From NCBI GenBank assembly GCA_004431415.1, contig QPMI01000190.1, forward strand, positions 62,001 through 126,000: a DNA stretch of 64,000 nucleotides, in the 5' to 3' direction. This document shows, piece after piece, positions 35,847 through 47,803 of the stretch; position 1 is the stretch's first letter; every line of letters begins with the position of its first letter. Origin of the DNA: Cyanophora paradoxa CCMP329. Its lineage: Eukaryota; Plantae; Glaucophyta. Below the pieces are notes generated by a model, which saw nothing but the letters and a program-made list of their open reading frames with translations, did no database searches and had not been told where the DNA came from. Both the position numbers and the translations under genes were made by a program.

Positions 35847-38800
35847 ATGGGCGGCTCCTGCGGCAGGAGTGGAGCGATTGAGGCCGGTGCGCATGCGCAG
35901 TCATGATAATACACCAAATGCATGCGTGGGGCCCCGCCCCGCCCGGCCGAGCCGCCGCCGACGCTGCCGCAGAGGACGTGCTCGTCGGCTCAGCGAAGAA
36001 GTACTCGTCACGGCGGCGGCGGTCGAGCCTGGCGCACCTGGCGGCGGCGCACGGGGACGGGTCGACCTTCGCGGCGGAGGCGAGGAAGGCGGTTGAGATC
36101 CTGGAGAAGGACCCGACGGGGGAGCACGGGCTGGCGGCCGACCTCGTCCTCGACGGCATCCACGAGTACATCGCCCTCAGCCTCCTCGCCCTCCGCGACA
36201 AGGCCCGCCTCGGACCTGCCCGCGCGCCCCCGGGGCCCGCCCCTCCCCTCACGCCCGCCCCGCAGGTCGATCCGAAGGCGGCGGCGGACGGCCTGAGGGC
36301 GCTGCACCTGATCTGGACAGCCGGCGCTGCGCGGGAGGCCCCGCCGCAGTCCAAGCCCTTGAAGGGGGGCGGCGGCGCGGGGGCGGAGGAGGGGCAGGCG
36401 ACCTCGCGGCCGGTGACGGCGCGGGGCCCCGCCCCGGTCTCGCGGCCCGTCACCTCGCGCTTGCTGTCGGCGGGGGCGGCGGGGGCGGCGGGGGAGGCGG
36501 GCGGGGCGGGCGGGGCGGTGCGGGACCTCTTCGAGCGGCGGCCGGAGCTGCTGCCGTGCGTCTGCGCCCTGCTGCCGCGGGGCCCGCCGCCCTCCCGCCG
36601 CCGCCCTCCTCCTCGACGCCGCCTCCGTCTCCAAGCGCGGTGCGCCCTCAGCTCCTCGCTTGGAGCTTTAGCCAGGCCGCGCCGCGCCGCGCCTCGCCGC
36701 GCGCCGCGTGACGCCGGGGGGCAGCGTGCGAGGGATCTACGGGGCGCTGGGCGGCGCGGGGGCGCGCCTCCTCTTCGCCATGGGCCGCGAGATCGTCACC
36801 TCCAGGGCCCGCCCGCCCCCGCCCCCGCTCGCCCGGCCCGCCCGCCCTGCCTGCCGGGGTGACGGGGCGCGCAGATCGAGGACACGGAGCGCGCGTACGC
36901 GCTGCTCGCGAGCCTCACCCGCTCCGGCACCGTCCGCCCCGCCCCGCCTTGCCCCGCCCCGCGCCGCCGGGTGAGCCTGGCCTGGGGCAGGTGCGGGGGG
37001 CGATGGTGGAGGACGGCCTCCACGTGCTCGTCCTCGAGGACCTCAACAACCCCATGCGCCAGAACCGCTACGTCCGCCCGCCCCGCCCCCGCCCCCACGC
37101 CCCGCCCCCACGCCCCGCCACGGCTGCGCTGCCGGCTGGGCCGCCGCTGACGCGTGGGCCTCTGGCGGGCAGCGGCTCTCGCCGGCGCGGCTGCTGCTGC
37201 GGCTGGCGCTGCACGCGCCGAACCACGGGGCGCTGGAGGCGGCCGGGGGCGTGCGGGCGGCGGCGCTGCTCGCGCGGCACCCCGAGGCCGAGCTCGCCGC
37301 CATCGGCCTCCGCGCCTGCGCCGCCTTCATGCAGACCCGTGCGGCACCCCGCTCCCCGCCCCGCCCGCCGCGCCGGGGCGCTGAGGGCGGGCAGAGCGGT
37401 ACCGGCGGCTGCTGGCGCCGGAGATGGCGGCGGTGGCGCGGGGGGCGCTGGTGGAGGGGCGGGCCCCGCCGCCCTCGTCCCGCCGCCTCCGCTGCCTCCG
37501 CCTCGTCGCCATGGACACCGCCTCGCCCGACCCCGCCCCGCCCTCCCGTGCGCCCCCGCCCCGCCCCGAGCGAGCCGCACGCGGGGCTGAAGGCGCGCGC
37601 GGCAGGGCGGGGCGGGGGCGGAGGGAAGGGCGGGGAACGGGGAGGAGGCGGCGGCGCGGCTGGCGGCGGAGCCGGTGCGCCTAATGCAGCTCACGCAGGC
37701 CGCGGGGGGCGCCCTGCCCGGCCCCGCCCCGAGCGCCGCCAACGAGGACGACGAGGCGCTCTTCGCCGGCGGCTCCTACCGCTGGTCCTCCCCGGTGCGC
37801 TTGCAGCTGGGGCGCGCGGGGCCGGGGGCCGGTAGGCGGGCGGGGCGCTGAGGGGGCGCTCCCTGGGCTCGCAGGACGACGCCGCCTACCTCCTCGCCAC
37901 CCTCACCTCCTTCGGTCCGCGCCTCGCGGGAGCGCCGCCTCTCTTCCCGAGCGCCCGCCGGCTGACGCCCCGCGCCGGCTCGCTCGGCAGAGGCCGGCCT
38001 GCGGCTGCTGCTGAAGAACGTCGCCGCGTGCGCCGTCGTCGCCGCGGCCGCCCGCTCCGAGCTCGCCCCGCTGCGCGCCCGCGCCGCCGCCGCCCTCAAC
38101 TGCCTCCACTCCGACCGCCCCGCCCGCTTCCACGAGACCGGGATCGACCCCGAGACGGCGCGCCGCTCTCGTCGGTGCGCCCCGCGCAGCTCCGATCTGC
38201 TCTGACGCCCTCTGCAGGGGGCCCCGGCGGGGGACAGCGTGCAGGAAATTGCGGGGGCCACGGAGGCGGCGAGCGGGAGCGAGGGGGAGACCGACGGGCC
38301 GCGGCACTCGCTGCAGGGGGCGAGCCCCGGGCGCCGCCCCAGCGTCCTCGCTCCCTTCGAGCCCCTCGTACGCCGCCCCGCCCCGCCCCGCCCCGTCCCG
38401 CCACGCCCCGGTCCCCCGGATGCCCCGGTGACGTGAGCGCTTTTGCAGAGCGGCTCCGCGCGGCGGCTGAGCGCGGCGCTGGGCGCGGAGGCGGCGGGGG
38501 GGCGGCGGCTGAGCGCGGCGCTGAGCGAGGCCGTCGGGGCGCGGGCGCGGGAGCTCTCCCTCGCCCTCGAAGCCGTCGGCCGCGAGGCGGCCCCCGGCGA
38601 TGCGGCCGACGGGGCGGGCGGCATGGGCGGCCTCTCGCGGCGGGCCGGGGCCTCGCCGTCGTTCCGGGAGCGGGCGGGAGCGTGGCGCGGTCGGCCTCGG
38701 GCGGCTCGGGCGGGCGCCGCGGCTCCTCCCGCTTCGCCCTCGCCGACGCCGTCGCCCTCGCCGGCCTCGCTGCCGCCGCCCCCGACGCCGTCCGCCCCAT

Positions 38801-40614
38801 CCCCTCTCGCCCCTTCCCCCGCCTCGCTCGTCTCTGAGCTGCGGGGGCAGGGGGCGTACACGACGGAGGGGGAGGGGGCGACGGAGGGGGAGGGGCCGCC
38901 GGGGACGGCGCGCTCGCAGGCCTCGGGCTCGATGCGGGCCGGCGCCCTCCCCAAGCGCGCCTCGGCCCGCTTCACCTCCACCTCCTTCCGCCGCATCCCT
39001 CCCGCCCCCGCCCCCGGCGTGCGCCCTCGCGCACCCACCCCCAGCGGAGCGCTCGGAGGCTGAGTGGGGGCCCCCGCGCGCAGCTGAGCGACTACTACAC
39101 GACGGAGGGCGAGAGCGACGCGGGGGAGCTCGGGGGCCCGCCCCGCCCGCGCACCCCGCAGCGCCGCGTCCCCCTGGGCGAGCGCCAGGCCTCCTCCCTG
39201 GGCCGCACCAGCTCGGCGAGCCGCGCCTCCGCCCGCCACCTCACCCCGCCCTCCGCCGCCTCCCGCCCCGGCAACGCCTCCTTCAGGCGCCGCGTCGCCA
39301 GCCCCCTCGACCCCGTGCGCACCCCGCCGCGCGCTCCGCCGCAGAGCCTTGCGGAGGCGGGGCTGAGCGGGCGGGGCGCAGGGGCGGGGCCGGCGCCGTT
39401 CGGCGTGCAGGTGGAGGCGCCCTCGGCGAGCGAGGCGGAGGGCGAGGGCGCGCCCCGGGCCGGGGCCTGGCGCGGCTGCGGGGCGACTCGTTCGCGCAGG
39501 GCGGGGCCCCCGCCGCCTCCCCGGGCCCCGCCTCTCCTTCTCCCTCCGCCGCCCCTCGGGGGCCTCCTCCGCGGGGCCTCCCTCCGACGTCGTCCGCCCG
39601 CCCCGCCCCGCCCTCCTTCACCGGCCCCGCCTCCCTCACCTTCGGCCTCGCGCAGGAGGTCCCGCCGGGGGCGTGGGGCGCCCGCCGCAGCCCCGCCCTG
39701 CCCGGGGCGGCGGCGAGCGGGACGGAGGACGAGGGGGCGGAGACGGAAATGGAGGGGCCGGGGGGCGTCCCCCGCGTCCCCCGCTCCAAGTCCGAGCGGC
39801 GGGCGGCGGGGACGCACCCCCGCGTGGGGGCCCTCGGGGGCGCCCCCCGCTCCAACTCGGAGCGCCGCCCCTCCGGCGGCGTCTCCTTCCTCGACCCCCG
39901 CCCCGGCCTCCTTCCCGGCGGCCCCGTGCGCCCCCTCGCCCCGCCCCCCTCTCCAGGCCGGCCCCGCTCGCTCACCTGAGCTCCGCGGGGCGGGGGCAGG
40001 GGCGGACGGAGTCGCGGCGCGGGAGCGGGCAGAGCGTGCGGGATCGCCCCGGCAGCGCGCTGGCGCCCCACGAGGTCTCCCCGAGCCGCCCCGGGCCCCT
40101 CCTCGCCGTGCGCCCCCTCTTCACCCCTCCCCGCACGCCCCCTCCCCTCCTCCGTCCGACGCCGGCCGCGCAGGGCCCTCGGATGCGTCCCCGCAGGGGG
40201 CCGGGGCGGCGGGCGCTGCGGAGCGCATCGCGGCGCGCCGAGGCTCACGGGCGGGGCTCGCCTCAGCGGCGGGGCCGGGGCCGGCGGCGGATCTCCCGTC
40301 CCTGCACCGCAACCTCTCGGGGCGTGGGGCGCCCTCCCGCCCCCGCCGCCCCTGCCCCAGACCCTGCCCCTCTCCCCCCTCCGCCACCGCCGCCGCCCCT
40401 GCCGGCTCTGCCCTCGCTGCCGGGCCTGCTGGCCGCCGCGCATGCGGGGGCGGGCCCGCGGCTCTTCGGCCTCCCCCACAGCGTCTCCCTCCCCGCCGCC
40501 CCCACCCACGCCCCCACCATGCACCCGCTGCCCTTTGCGCCCGCCATCCCCCACATACCCCCGCACATAGCGCCCCCCCTCCTCCCTGCGCCCTTCGGCC
40601 TCCGCCCCGCATAG
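35847..40614 (+). CDS. ARM/HEAT-like helical-repeat protein with N-terminal MGGSC motif and long S/P/R-rich tail
   Basis: MGGSCGRSGAIEA|EDVLVG joined by a phase-1 GT-AG intron; helical exons GAMVEDGLHVLVLEDL, LLRLALHAPNHGALEAAGGVRAAA, GALVEGRA; low-complexity C-terminus. Confidence 0.6.
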
Positions 40615-40795
40615 TCGCCGAGTCAGAAAGATGCACGTTCCCTCGCCTGGCCCAGTGGCCCCCCCGCGCGCGCGCTCGCCTCATGATCATGTCCAGGGTA
40701 CATTATTACGGTATATAAGGGTACATGGTACAAGGGAAAGGGGGTACAAGGCACCGTCGAGCGTTCGAATTCCAGCGCAGCCGCGATCGATATCG

Positions 40796-43700
40796 ATGCA
40801 GTCAGTGGACGGCGCGGTCAAGCGCTGGGGCTTAGAGATCGGAAATCCGCGCGTCTGGTTCAAGGATGGCATAATCTCTTCCGACACACATGATGTGGTA
40901 ATCGCGTACAATGAGCACCTCAAGAATTTCAGTACGGCGAACATTACCGTGCGCACGACGACTCGTTAACGCTTTCGAGAGGCTCTTCGGCGATGCGCTG
41001 ACTGAGCGCGGCCCTCACGCGTGCAGAAAACCATGGTCGAACTCTCGAGCTCGAACCACCCCGGGGCCCGAGCGCCTCGCTGAGGTGTCCCGCCTGATCC
41101 GGCAGGGCCTCGAAATGCGTGCGCCTCTCGATTTATCTTGCTGCTGCGCCCGCGCTGATCATGATTCTTCCTGCCCAGAACTCGCGGCGCTTAAGCTTAA
41201 GGACGTCGACGCCGATGTCCGCGGGCGCTTCTTGTCATGCATATGCCCGGAGGGATCGCGGCTCGTTGTATCCACCTCAGGACTCTGGGTGGCTCCAAAG
41301 CTCGATCCGGAGAGCATGCGCTGCGACGCGTGCGGCGAAGACATGCCACACAGCTTTCCGAACGCGGCGGTCTTTCAGCAGTGCATGACCACCGCGGCGG
41401 TCTTTCAGCAGTGCTATGAGCGATCGCCATCCGCTCTTTCGGCCGTACACGAGCAACAGCGCGCGGCCGCTTCGTAGCCTCGAGCCCGTGCACGAGGCTC
41501 TCGGGGCAGACAAACTGCTGGCGCCGCCGCCGGCCGCCGGCCCCGCGGGGACGCTTGCGCCCGCCGCCGCCGCCGCGCTTTCGCACTCGGGTCGCGTCGC
41601 GGCGCCACCCTCCGAGACCTCCGGCCAGCCCCCTGGCCAGCTGGCCGCAGTGGCCCCGCCCAACCCCCCGCCCTCCGACGCGCCCCGTCCCACCACGATG
41701 GAAGCGCCTCGTGCCGCCCCCAGGGGCGCGCCCCGTGCCGCCCCCATGGCCAGGGGCGTCGTTGCCGGCGCGCCGACCGCAGGCTCGAGCGCTTCGTCCT
41801 CTAGACCGGCCCCTGGCGCTGTTTCACAGCGATCGACTCCGAGTTTGACTCTCGCCGAGACAGAGCCCGCCCGTCCCGCGACCCGCCGCGAGGACCGGTT
41901 CGAAGAGCTGGCTTCTCACGCGGAGGAGCGGGCTTCTCACTCGGCTAGGCCAGCGGCTTCCCAGAAGCTAAAGGTCGGGGAGAAGCGGCCCGCCCCGTGC
42001 GTTTCTCGTAGTTTACTGCGCATTCTAGAACATTCAATCCCTCCAATGCAGGAAGAAGGCGATCATGACTGCGTTCGAAAGCGGGACGAGGCTTCGGGAG
42101 TGTCTCAACCAGATCGGCGAGCCGCACACGGACAAGGACACGAAAGAAGACCTCCGGCAGAGGCTCTACCATGCGTACTTGGAGCGCGGCGTCGACACGA
42201 GCGCGTGGTGCGGCACCGTCCAAGCTTTCCCGGAGCCTCGCAGCCTGCAGCGAGCGCTGGTAGCGCTGCTGAACCTGCCTCGCAGCCGCCCAGACCCTGC
42301 AAAGTGGTTTGGCGATCACGAGAACCGCTCAGCGGTGACGTCTACTGGACAGGAAGCAGAGAAGGGCTGGTCGGGCGCAGACAAGCTTATTTAAAAGGGC
42401 CCCGCCCCCGCCGCAAAATCCGCTGCAGCTGCTTCTCAAAAGGACGTGGCAAAGTGGCCCGCGCCGAAAGCACCGTGCGTTGTGGATTGTTTTTCTGCTG
42501 GTTCTCGGTCACTGATTTCGTCAGATGCAGAGAAAAAGCGACAAGGACCGCGTTTGAAAGCGTAACGAGGCTTCGGGAGTGTCTCAACCAGATCGGCGAG
42601 CCGCACACGGACAAGGACACCATACATGACCTCCGGCAGAGGCTCTACCACGCGTACTTGGAGCGCGGCGTCGGCATGAGCGCGTGGTGCGGCACCGTCC
42701 AAGCTTTCCCGGAGCCTCGCAGCCTACTGCTCAACTTGCCTCGCAGCCGCCCGGAGCCTGCAAAGTGGTTCGGCGAGATTGGCGAGAAGGACGCTGGGGG
42801 GGAATTCGAAACGGAGAAGGAATCCGAGGGCCACACGGAGGTCGCGCTTCCGTGCGCGTTTAATTTGCTTCATCAGCAGTCTGACGCCTCCCTCGAGCTC
42901 GAAGCTCACGCCCGCCAAACCAAACGCAGTAACAAGGCAAAGACGACCGACTTTCGAGACATGGACAAGCTGCGGGCCGCCCTGAATCGGAATAAAATCG
43001 CCTTCGGGCCCAGCCAGCCCAGGGACGAGCTCCGGAGGCTGCTTTACGACTTCTACGCGAAGCGTGGCATCGACATGAGCGAATGGTACGCCCGACCCTC
43101 TCTCCCTCCGCTAACGCACTTGCAACGCCGCTCATCCAGCACGCTTCGCAGCGATCCGGACCCCTCCAGGTGGTTCGGTTCGGAGGCGGGACGGGGTACG
43201 GAGGAGGATGAGGGGGATGGGCTAGGGGCGCCGGAGCAGGAGGCCGACGAGGGGTCGGCGGACGGTGGCTCGCCGAGCAGGTCGGCGCTCGCTTTCGGGC
43301 GCTCCCGCCCTCGGAGGGCGTCCGCCATCCGCAGCGATAGCTTTCTTACATACTGCATAATCCGCGCGCAGAGGCGCCGGCGCCAGCGAGGCGGGGTCGC
43401 CAGGGCGGGACGCGGCCCCGCCGCGCTGCCGAGAATCGCTGGCCGAGCCAGGCATTCAACTCGACCGAGCCGACGTCGTAGACATCAAAGACGCGTGAGC
43501 GCGCTTCGATCCCTTCCCGGGCCTTTCACAAGCGGCCTGGCTTAATCGAAGGTCACGCTGACGCTCTTGCAATTGGGATTGCGCAGGGAAACGACGTGGA
43601 ACTGCAAGTCAACCGTGAAGTCCCTTTCCGCCCCGAACCTGCAGCGGTACTTCAGGAAGCACTTCCCCACCGTCGTCCAGCAGTTCCCGAGGATCTGCGA

Positions 43701-44650
43701 GATGGGCGGCGCGCGCCGCTCGGGCCTGCCCGCCCTCCTCATTCTCATCGCCCACCACCTCGGCTGGCGCCCCATGACCGAGTGCCTCTGCCCAGGCCTC
43801 TCCTACTGTACCCCCTAACACCCTGACGCGCGCACCCGCCAGGCGATCGCACAGCGGCCCCGGGTACTTTTTGCGGCTCCAGGAGACAGGGTGCCTCGTC
43901 GCCGAATTGTACGTCTCACGATTACCGGCGCGGTTCTTTTTCGCGCCGTCGATCGCTTACGTTGCCGTCCTCATGATCACAGCAAGAGGCACTACCCGGT
44001 GGGCCCAAGCGTGGATGGCAGCGACGCGCACGTGCAGGAGGGCGAGCAGCTGCACGGCGATCTGAAGTCCAGGCACGCCCCTGGCTCGAGGGTCGCCGAG
44101 GAGGGAGGGGAAGACTCCCGTGACACGCCCGGGAACGATTGTAGACCCCGTTGCCCTTGCACCGCCCCGACGCCGCCAGCAGGACCGTGCCGCCGCCCCA
44201 TCCACTCGGCCGGCCCGCTGGCGCCCTCAGCCCCGCCCGGCCCGCGGCTGCCGACACTCTCAACGCGGCCCCGCCAGCCGCCGGCCCCGGCCCGGCCCGG
44301 TCCGCCGCGGCGCTTATGATCGATATGGGCGCATCGCCACAAGCGGTTAACGTTGTGCATCTGCAGGCGCGAGCGCGAGGAGGAAGAGCGCGAGGCGCCC
44401 GGCCCGAGCCGGAAAAGAAGAGTAATCGACATGGACGAGGAGCTCGAGGCATCGTGCGTGGCACCCGACGCGGCCCGCCCTCGCCGCACCGCCGGCTGAT
44501 CGGGATACAACTATGGCATTGCCGGCGTTGGTGCAGGTCCTAAGGAAGGCGCCGAAACCGGCCGCGGCCGTCGCCGGCGGTCGCCGGCGGTCCCCCGATC
44601 GCGGCCGTCGCGACAGCAGCAGGTGAGAGGTCGCGCGATCGGCCCTTGAA
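40796..44650 (+). CDS. Orphan multi-exon protein with Cys-rich segment and three ~50-aa helical repeats
   Basis: CICPEG...RCDACG; repeats TAFES.TRLRECLNQIGEPHTDKDT..DLRQRLYHAYLERG (x2) and TDFRDMDKLRAALNRNKIAFGPSQPRDELRRLLYDFYAKRG; lower GC than neighbours. Exon structure uncertain. Confidence 0.5.
42070..42775 (+). repeat. Recent intragenic duplication (about 42070-42315 and 42550-42775)
   Basis: Long near-identical runs, e.g. GAGGCTTCGGGAGTGTCTCAACCAGATCGGCGAGCCGCACACGGACAAGGACAC in both copies. Confidence 0.95.
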
Positions 44651-44943
44651 TTGCGAGAATCGTTGAATTTGATGGCCATTGCTCGAAAGCAATTTGAAGA
44701 CGAGAATCCGCGCGTCTTCTAGATTTAATTGGTCCAGTGGCAACAAACTTGAAAGGGCCTCAGGGCCTCGCACGCGCACGGCTTGTCTCCACGATACGGA
44801 GGGTCCGGCCTCCTTTGGGGGCTAGCGCGGGGTACAGGGCCGCATCTGGCCGCTTCCCGGGTCCATCGAGTGCTTCGTTGATCTCATGCCTCGATGAACT
44901 GTAATGGAGTGTTTTTTGTAAACACGTTCAACATAATGGACTG

Positions 44944-47432
44944 TTATACTGTAAAAATAAACGAGGGCAGGACGGCGCGCTCTGATATCAAACTGCTGTG
45001 ATGCGATCTGGCGCCGGCCTGATCTGCATGCCTGCCTGCGGAGTTCACGGTCCTGCGATCACCAGCGCGGGCGCTCGATGGTGGAGCCTGCGCGGGGGAG
45101 CTCAGGCGCGGGCGGGAGGGGGCGGGGCGGGCGGGGTCACCGTCGCCGACGTAGCGGAGGGCGGCGGCGGCGCGCTCGCCGACGGGCCCGCCGGCCTCGC
45201 GCAGCCGCAGGAGGTGCGCCCGCCCGCCCGCCCCCGCCACCGCCTGCCCGAACTCCGCCCCGGCGTCCCCTGCGGCGGCCCCTCAGGGACCTCAAAGAAA
45301 CAAGAGGGGCGGATGGGGCGTACCTGGAAGAAGTTCAGAAGGGCGAGGGCGGCCTCGCGGGGAGGCGGGGGTCGGCGCCGGGCCCCTCCAGCAGGGGCGG
45401 GCTCCCGAGGGCCTCGCAGAGGGCCGCGATGGCGCCGGCCTCGGCGAGGGCGGTGAGCTGGGGCCGCGAGGCGGCGTGGGAGGCGTTGGCGAGGGCCCAG
45501 AGGGCCTCGCGCCGCGTGTCGGGCGCCTCGGCGGGGTCCCGCGCCAGCTCCGCCAGCCGCGGCACCGCCCCGCCCCAGCAGCGCCCCCAGCTGCCCCGCC
45601 GTCCCCGCCGCCACGTTCGACAGGCCCCAGCACGCTGCGCCCCGGGCCACTCAGAAAGGGAGGAGCGCGGGGGGCGAGCGGGGCGGGCCCTCGCGGCGGA
45701 GCGGGGCGGCGGGGCTGTGGAGGAGGCGCGCGATGGCGGCGAGGCCCCCGGGCACTCCACCACCGCCTGCGCCACGCTCAGAAGGGCCGCCGGCGGCGCC
45801 GCGGGGCCGGGCGGCGCGCCTGCGTCTGGGCCTCGCTGCCGGAGAGGAGGTGCCCGATGGCCCGCAGCGCCGGCGTCTGCACCCGGGCCGACGCGTGCCT
45901 GCCGTGCGCGGCCGTGGGCCTCGGCTTCACCGGGCGACCCGCTGCATCGGCGAGGGGCGGGGGCGCACGAGAGGAGGCCGACGAGGGCGGCGAGGAGGCC
46001 GGCGCCCAGCAGCGCCTCCGCCCCCTCGTGGTGGCCCCCGCCCCCGCCCTCCCCCTTCGTGTCGCTGCGCCCGACGTCGCCTGGCTTCGGCCCGCCTGGG
46101 ACGTCCGAGGCGCGGGGGCGGACCTTATGTAGCAGACGGCCCAGGCGGCGTCCGTGGAGGCCTCCTCGTCCCCCGCCGCGAGGACGCGCGCCAGGGCCGG
46201 CAGGGCCCCCCGGACGGCGCCGAGGGGCGGCTTGGGGCGGTTGCGGGCGAGGTTGGAGAGGCTCCAGACGGCCTGGCGGAGGCTCGGGAGGGCGGGGGGC
46301 CCCCGCGCCAGCAGCGCCTCGACGTGGGCGACGAGCGGCGGCAGGCCCCCGGCGCCCAGCACCGCGTCCCGCAGCTCCGCCCCGTCCCCCGCAATGTTCC
46401 CCAGCGCCCAAGCCTGCCGCCAGGAGGTCAGGGAAAGGGATGGGGGGCTGGGACGAGGGAAAGCACGGCCTGGTCGCGGCAGGAGGGGTCCGGGTCGGAG
46501 CGGAGGGTCTCGACGAGGGGCGGCACGGCATCGCAGTCGGCGACGTGCCGCGTGTGCTCGCTCGCCCCCGAGGCCACGTTCGTCAGCGCCCACGCCGCCT
46601 CAAACTGACCCCCCGCCTCAGCCACTCAATGCGTGAGAGAGTCGGGGCGCGGGAGGGGCGCGCGCGCCCGCAGCTCGGGGGATGCGGCGTCGCGGAGGAG
46701 CTGGACGAGGCGCGGGCAGACGCCGGCGGAGACCACGGGGCCGATCGCCTCGCCCGTCGTCCGCTCGGGCGCGTCCGGCGCGGCGGCCGAGAGGAGCTTG
46801 CGCACGCGGCGGGCGCCGAGCAGCTGCCGCTCGACGTCCTCGCTGCTCAGGAGCGCGATCATCTCGGGGAGGCGCTCGAGGGAGACGGCCCCGGGCGGGT
46901 CGTGCAGCGGGCTCGCCGCCGAGAAGGTCGGCTTCGAGGAGACGGGCGCCGAAGGCGGCTTGCTGCCCCCCTCCGAGGCCCGCGGCGTCGCCCCCGGCGG
47001 CGTCGCCCATGGCTTGCCCGCCGCCGACGACGGCGCCAGCAGCGGGCGGTCCGGCGCCGCCGGGGGGAGCAGTGGGCGATCCGGGGGCGCGGGGGTGGCC
47101 GGCGGGCGCAGCGGCTCTGCGCGACGACCGCGTTGGCGAGCGGGCTCTAGCGCGCTCCCTAAGATAGCGTTCACCGTGCGGACCATTGTACGCGGACGCA
47201 GTGGCGCCGTTCGGCAGCGGCCCAGGAGCTGCGCGGGAATCGGCCCGGCAATCGAGCTGGCAGGCACGGGCGCGAACGAACCGCTCCATTGCTGCGGCTG
47301 CTGCGGCGCGCTCGAGAGAGGCCGAGGGCCCGGAGGGGGCGCGTTCCCGTTCGTTCGCTCGTCCTGGACGACCACCTCGAAAACCTGATCCACCGCGCTC
47401 CGGTGCTTCGGCTTCGAACTGCAGCAGCCCAT
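44944..47432 (-). CDS. Importin-alpha-like ARM protein lacking the IBB domain, with N-terminal MGCCSS acylation motif
   Basis: [33 protein letters not shown]|[65 protein letters not shown]. 3' end approximate. Confidence 0.85.
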
Positions 47433-47803
47433 CTCGGATCTAGCAGTGGTGCTGCATGTCGATGGACACCAGCGGTCGCTACCCGAGCGGAGCCGACGCG
47501 CTCGATCGTCGGCTGGCCGCGGTCAAAACGCGCTACGGCGCTCTAGCTGATGCTGGCGATCACAAACGTGCTTGTGCGGGTTGGGCTCGTGGCCTGCGGC
47601 CTGCCGAAGTGCGGGGTACGGCACGCTCGACGAACACACTATACCCTCCACTTCGTTCGCCATCGACCATCGAGCTGCCAGGCTGCCGGCGCTTGCCCCG
47701 CTGAGCCCATGGCCATGTACTTGCAAATTGATGTTGCAATTGCATAAGAATTGCAGTTGCAAGATTAATTGCGAGACGAGCAAATTTAACTGAAAGCCTG
47801 GCG

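Noticed and set aside
47720-47775. Cluster of TTGCA/AATTGC motifs
   Set aside because: Short low-complexity 3' UTR/promoter tract with no supportable function.
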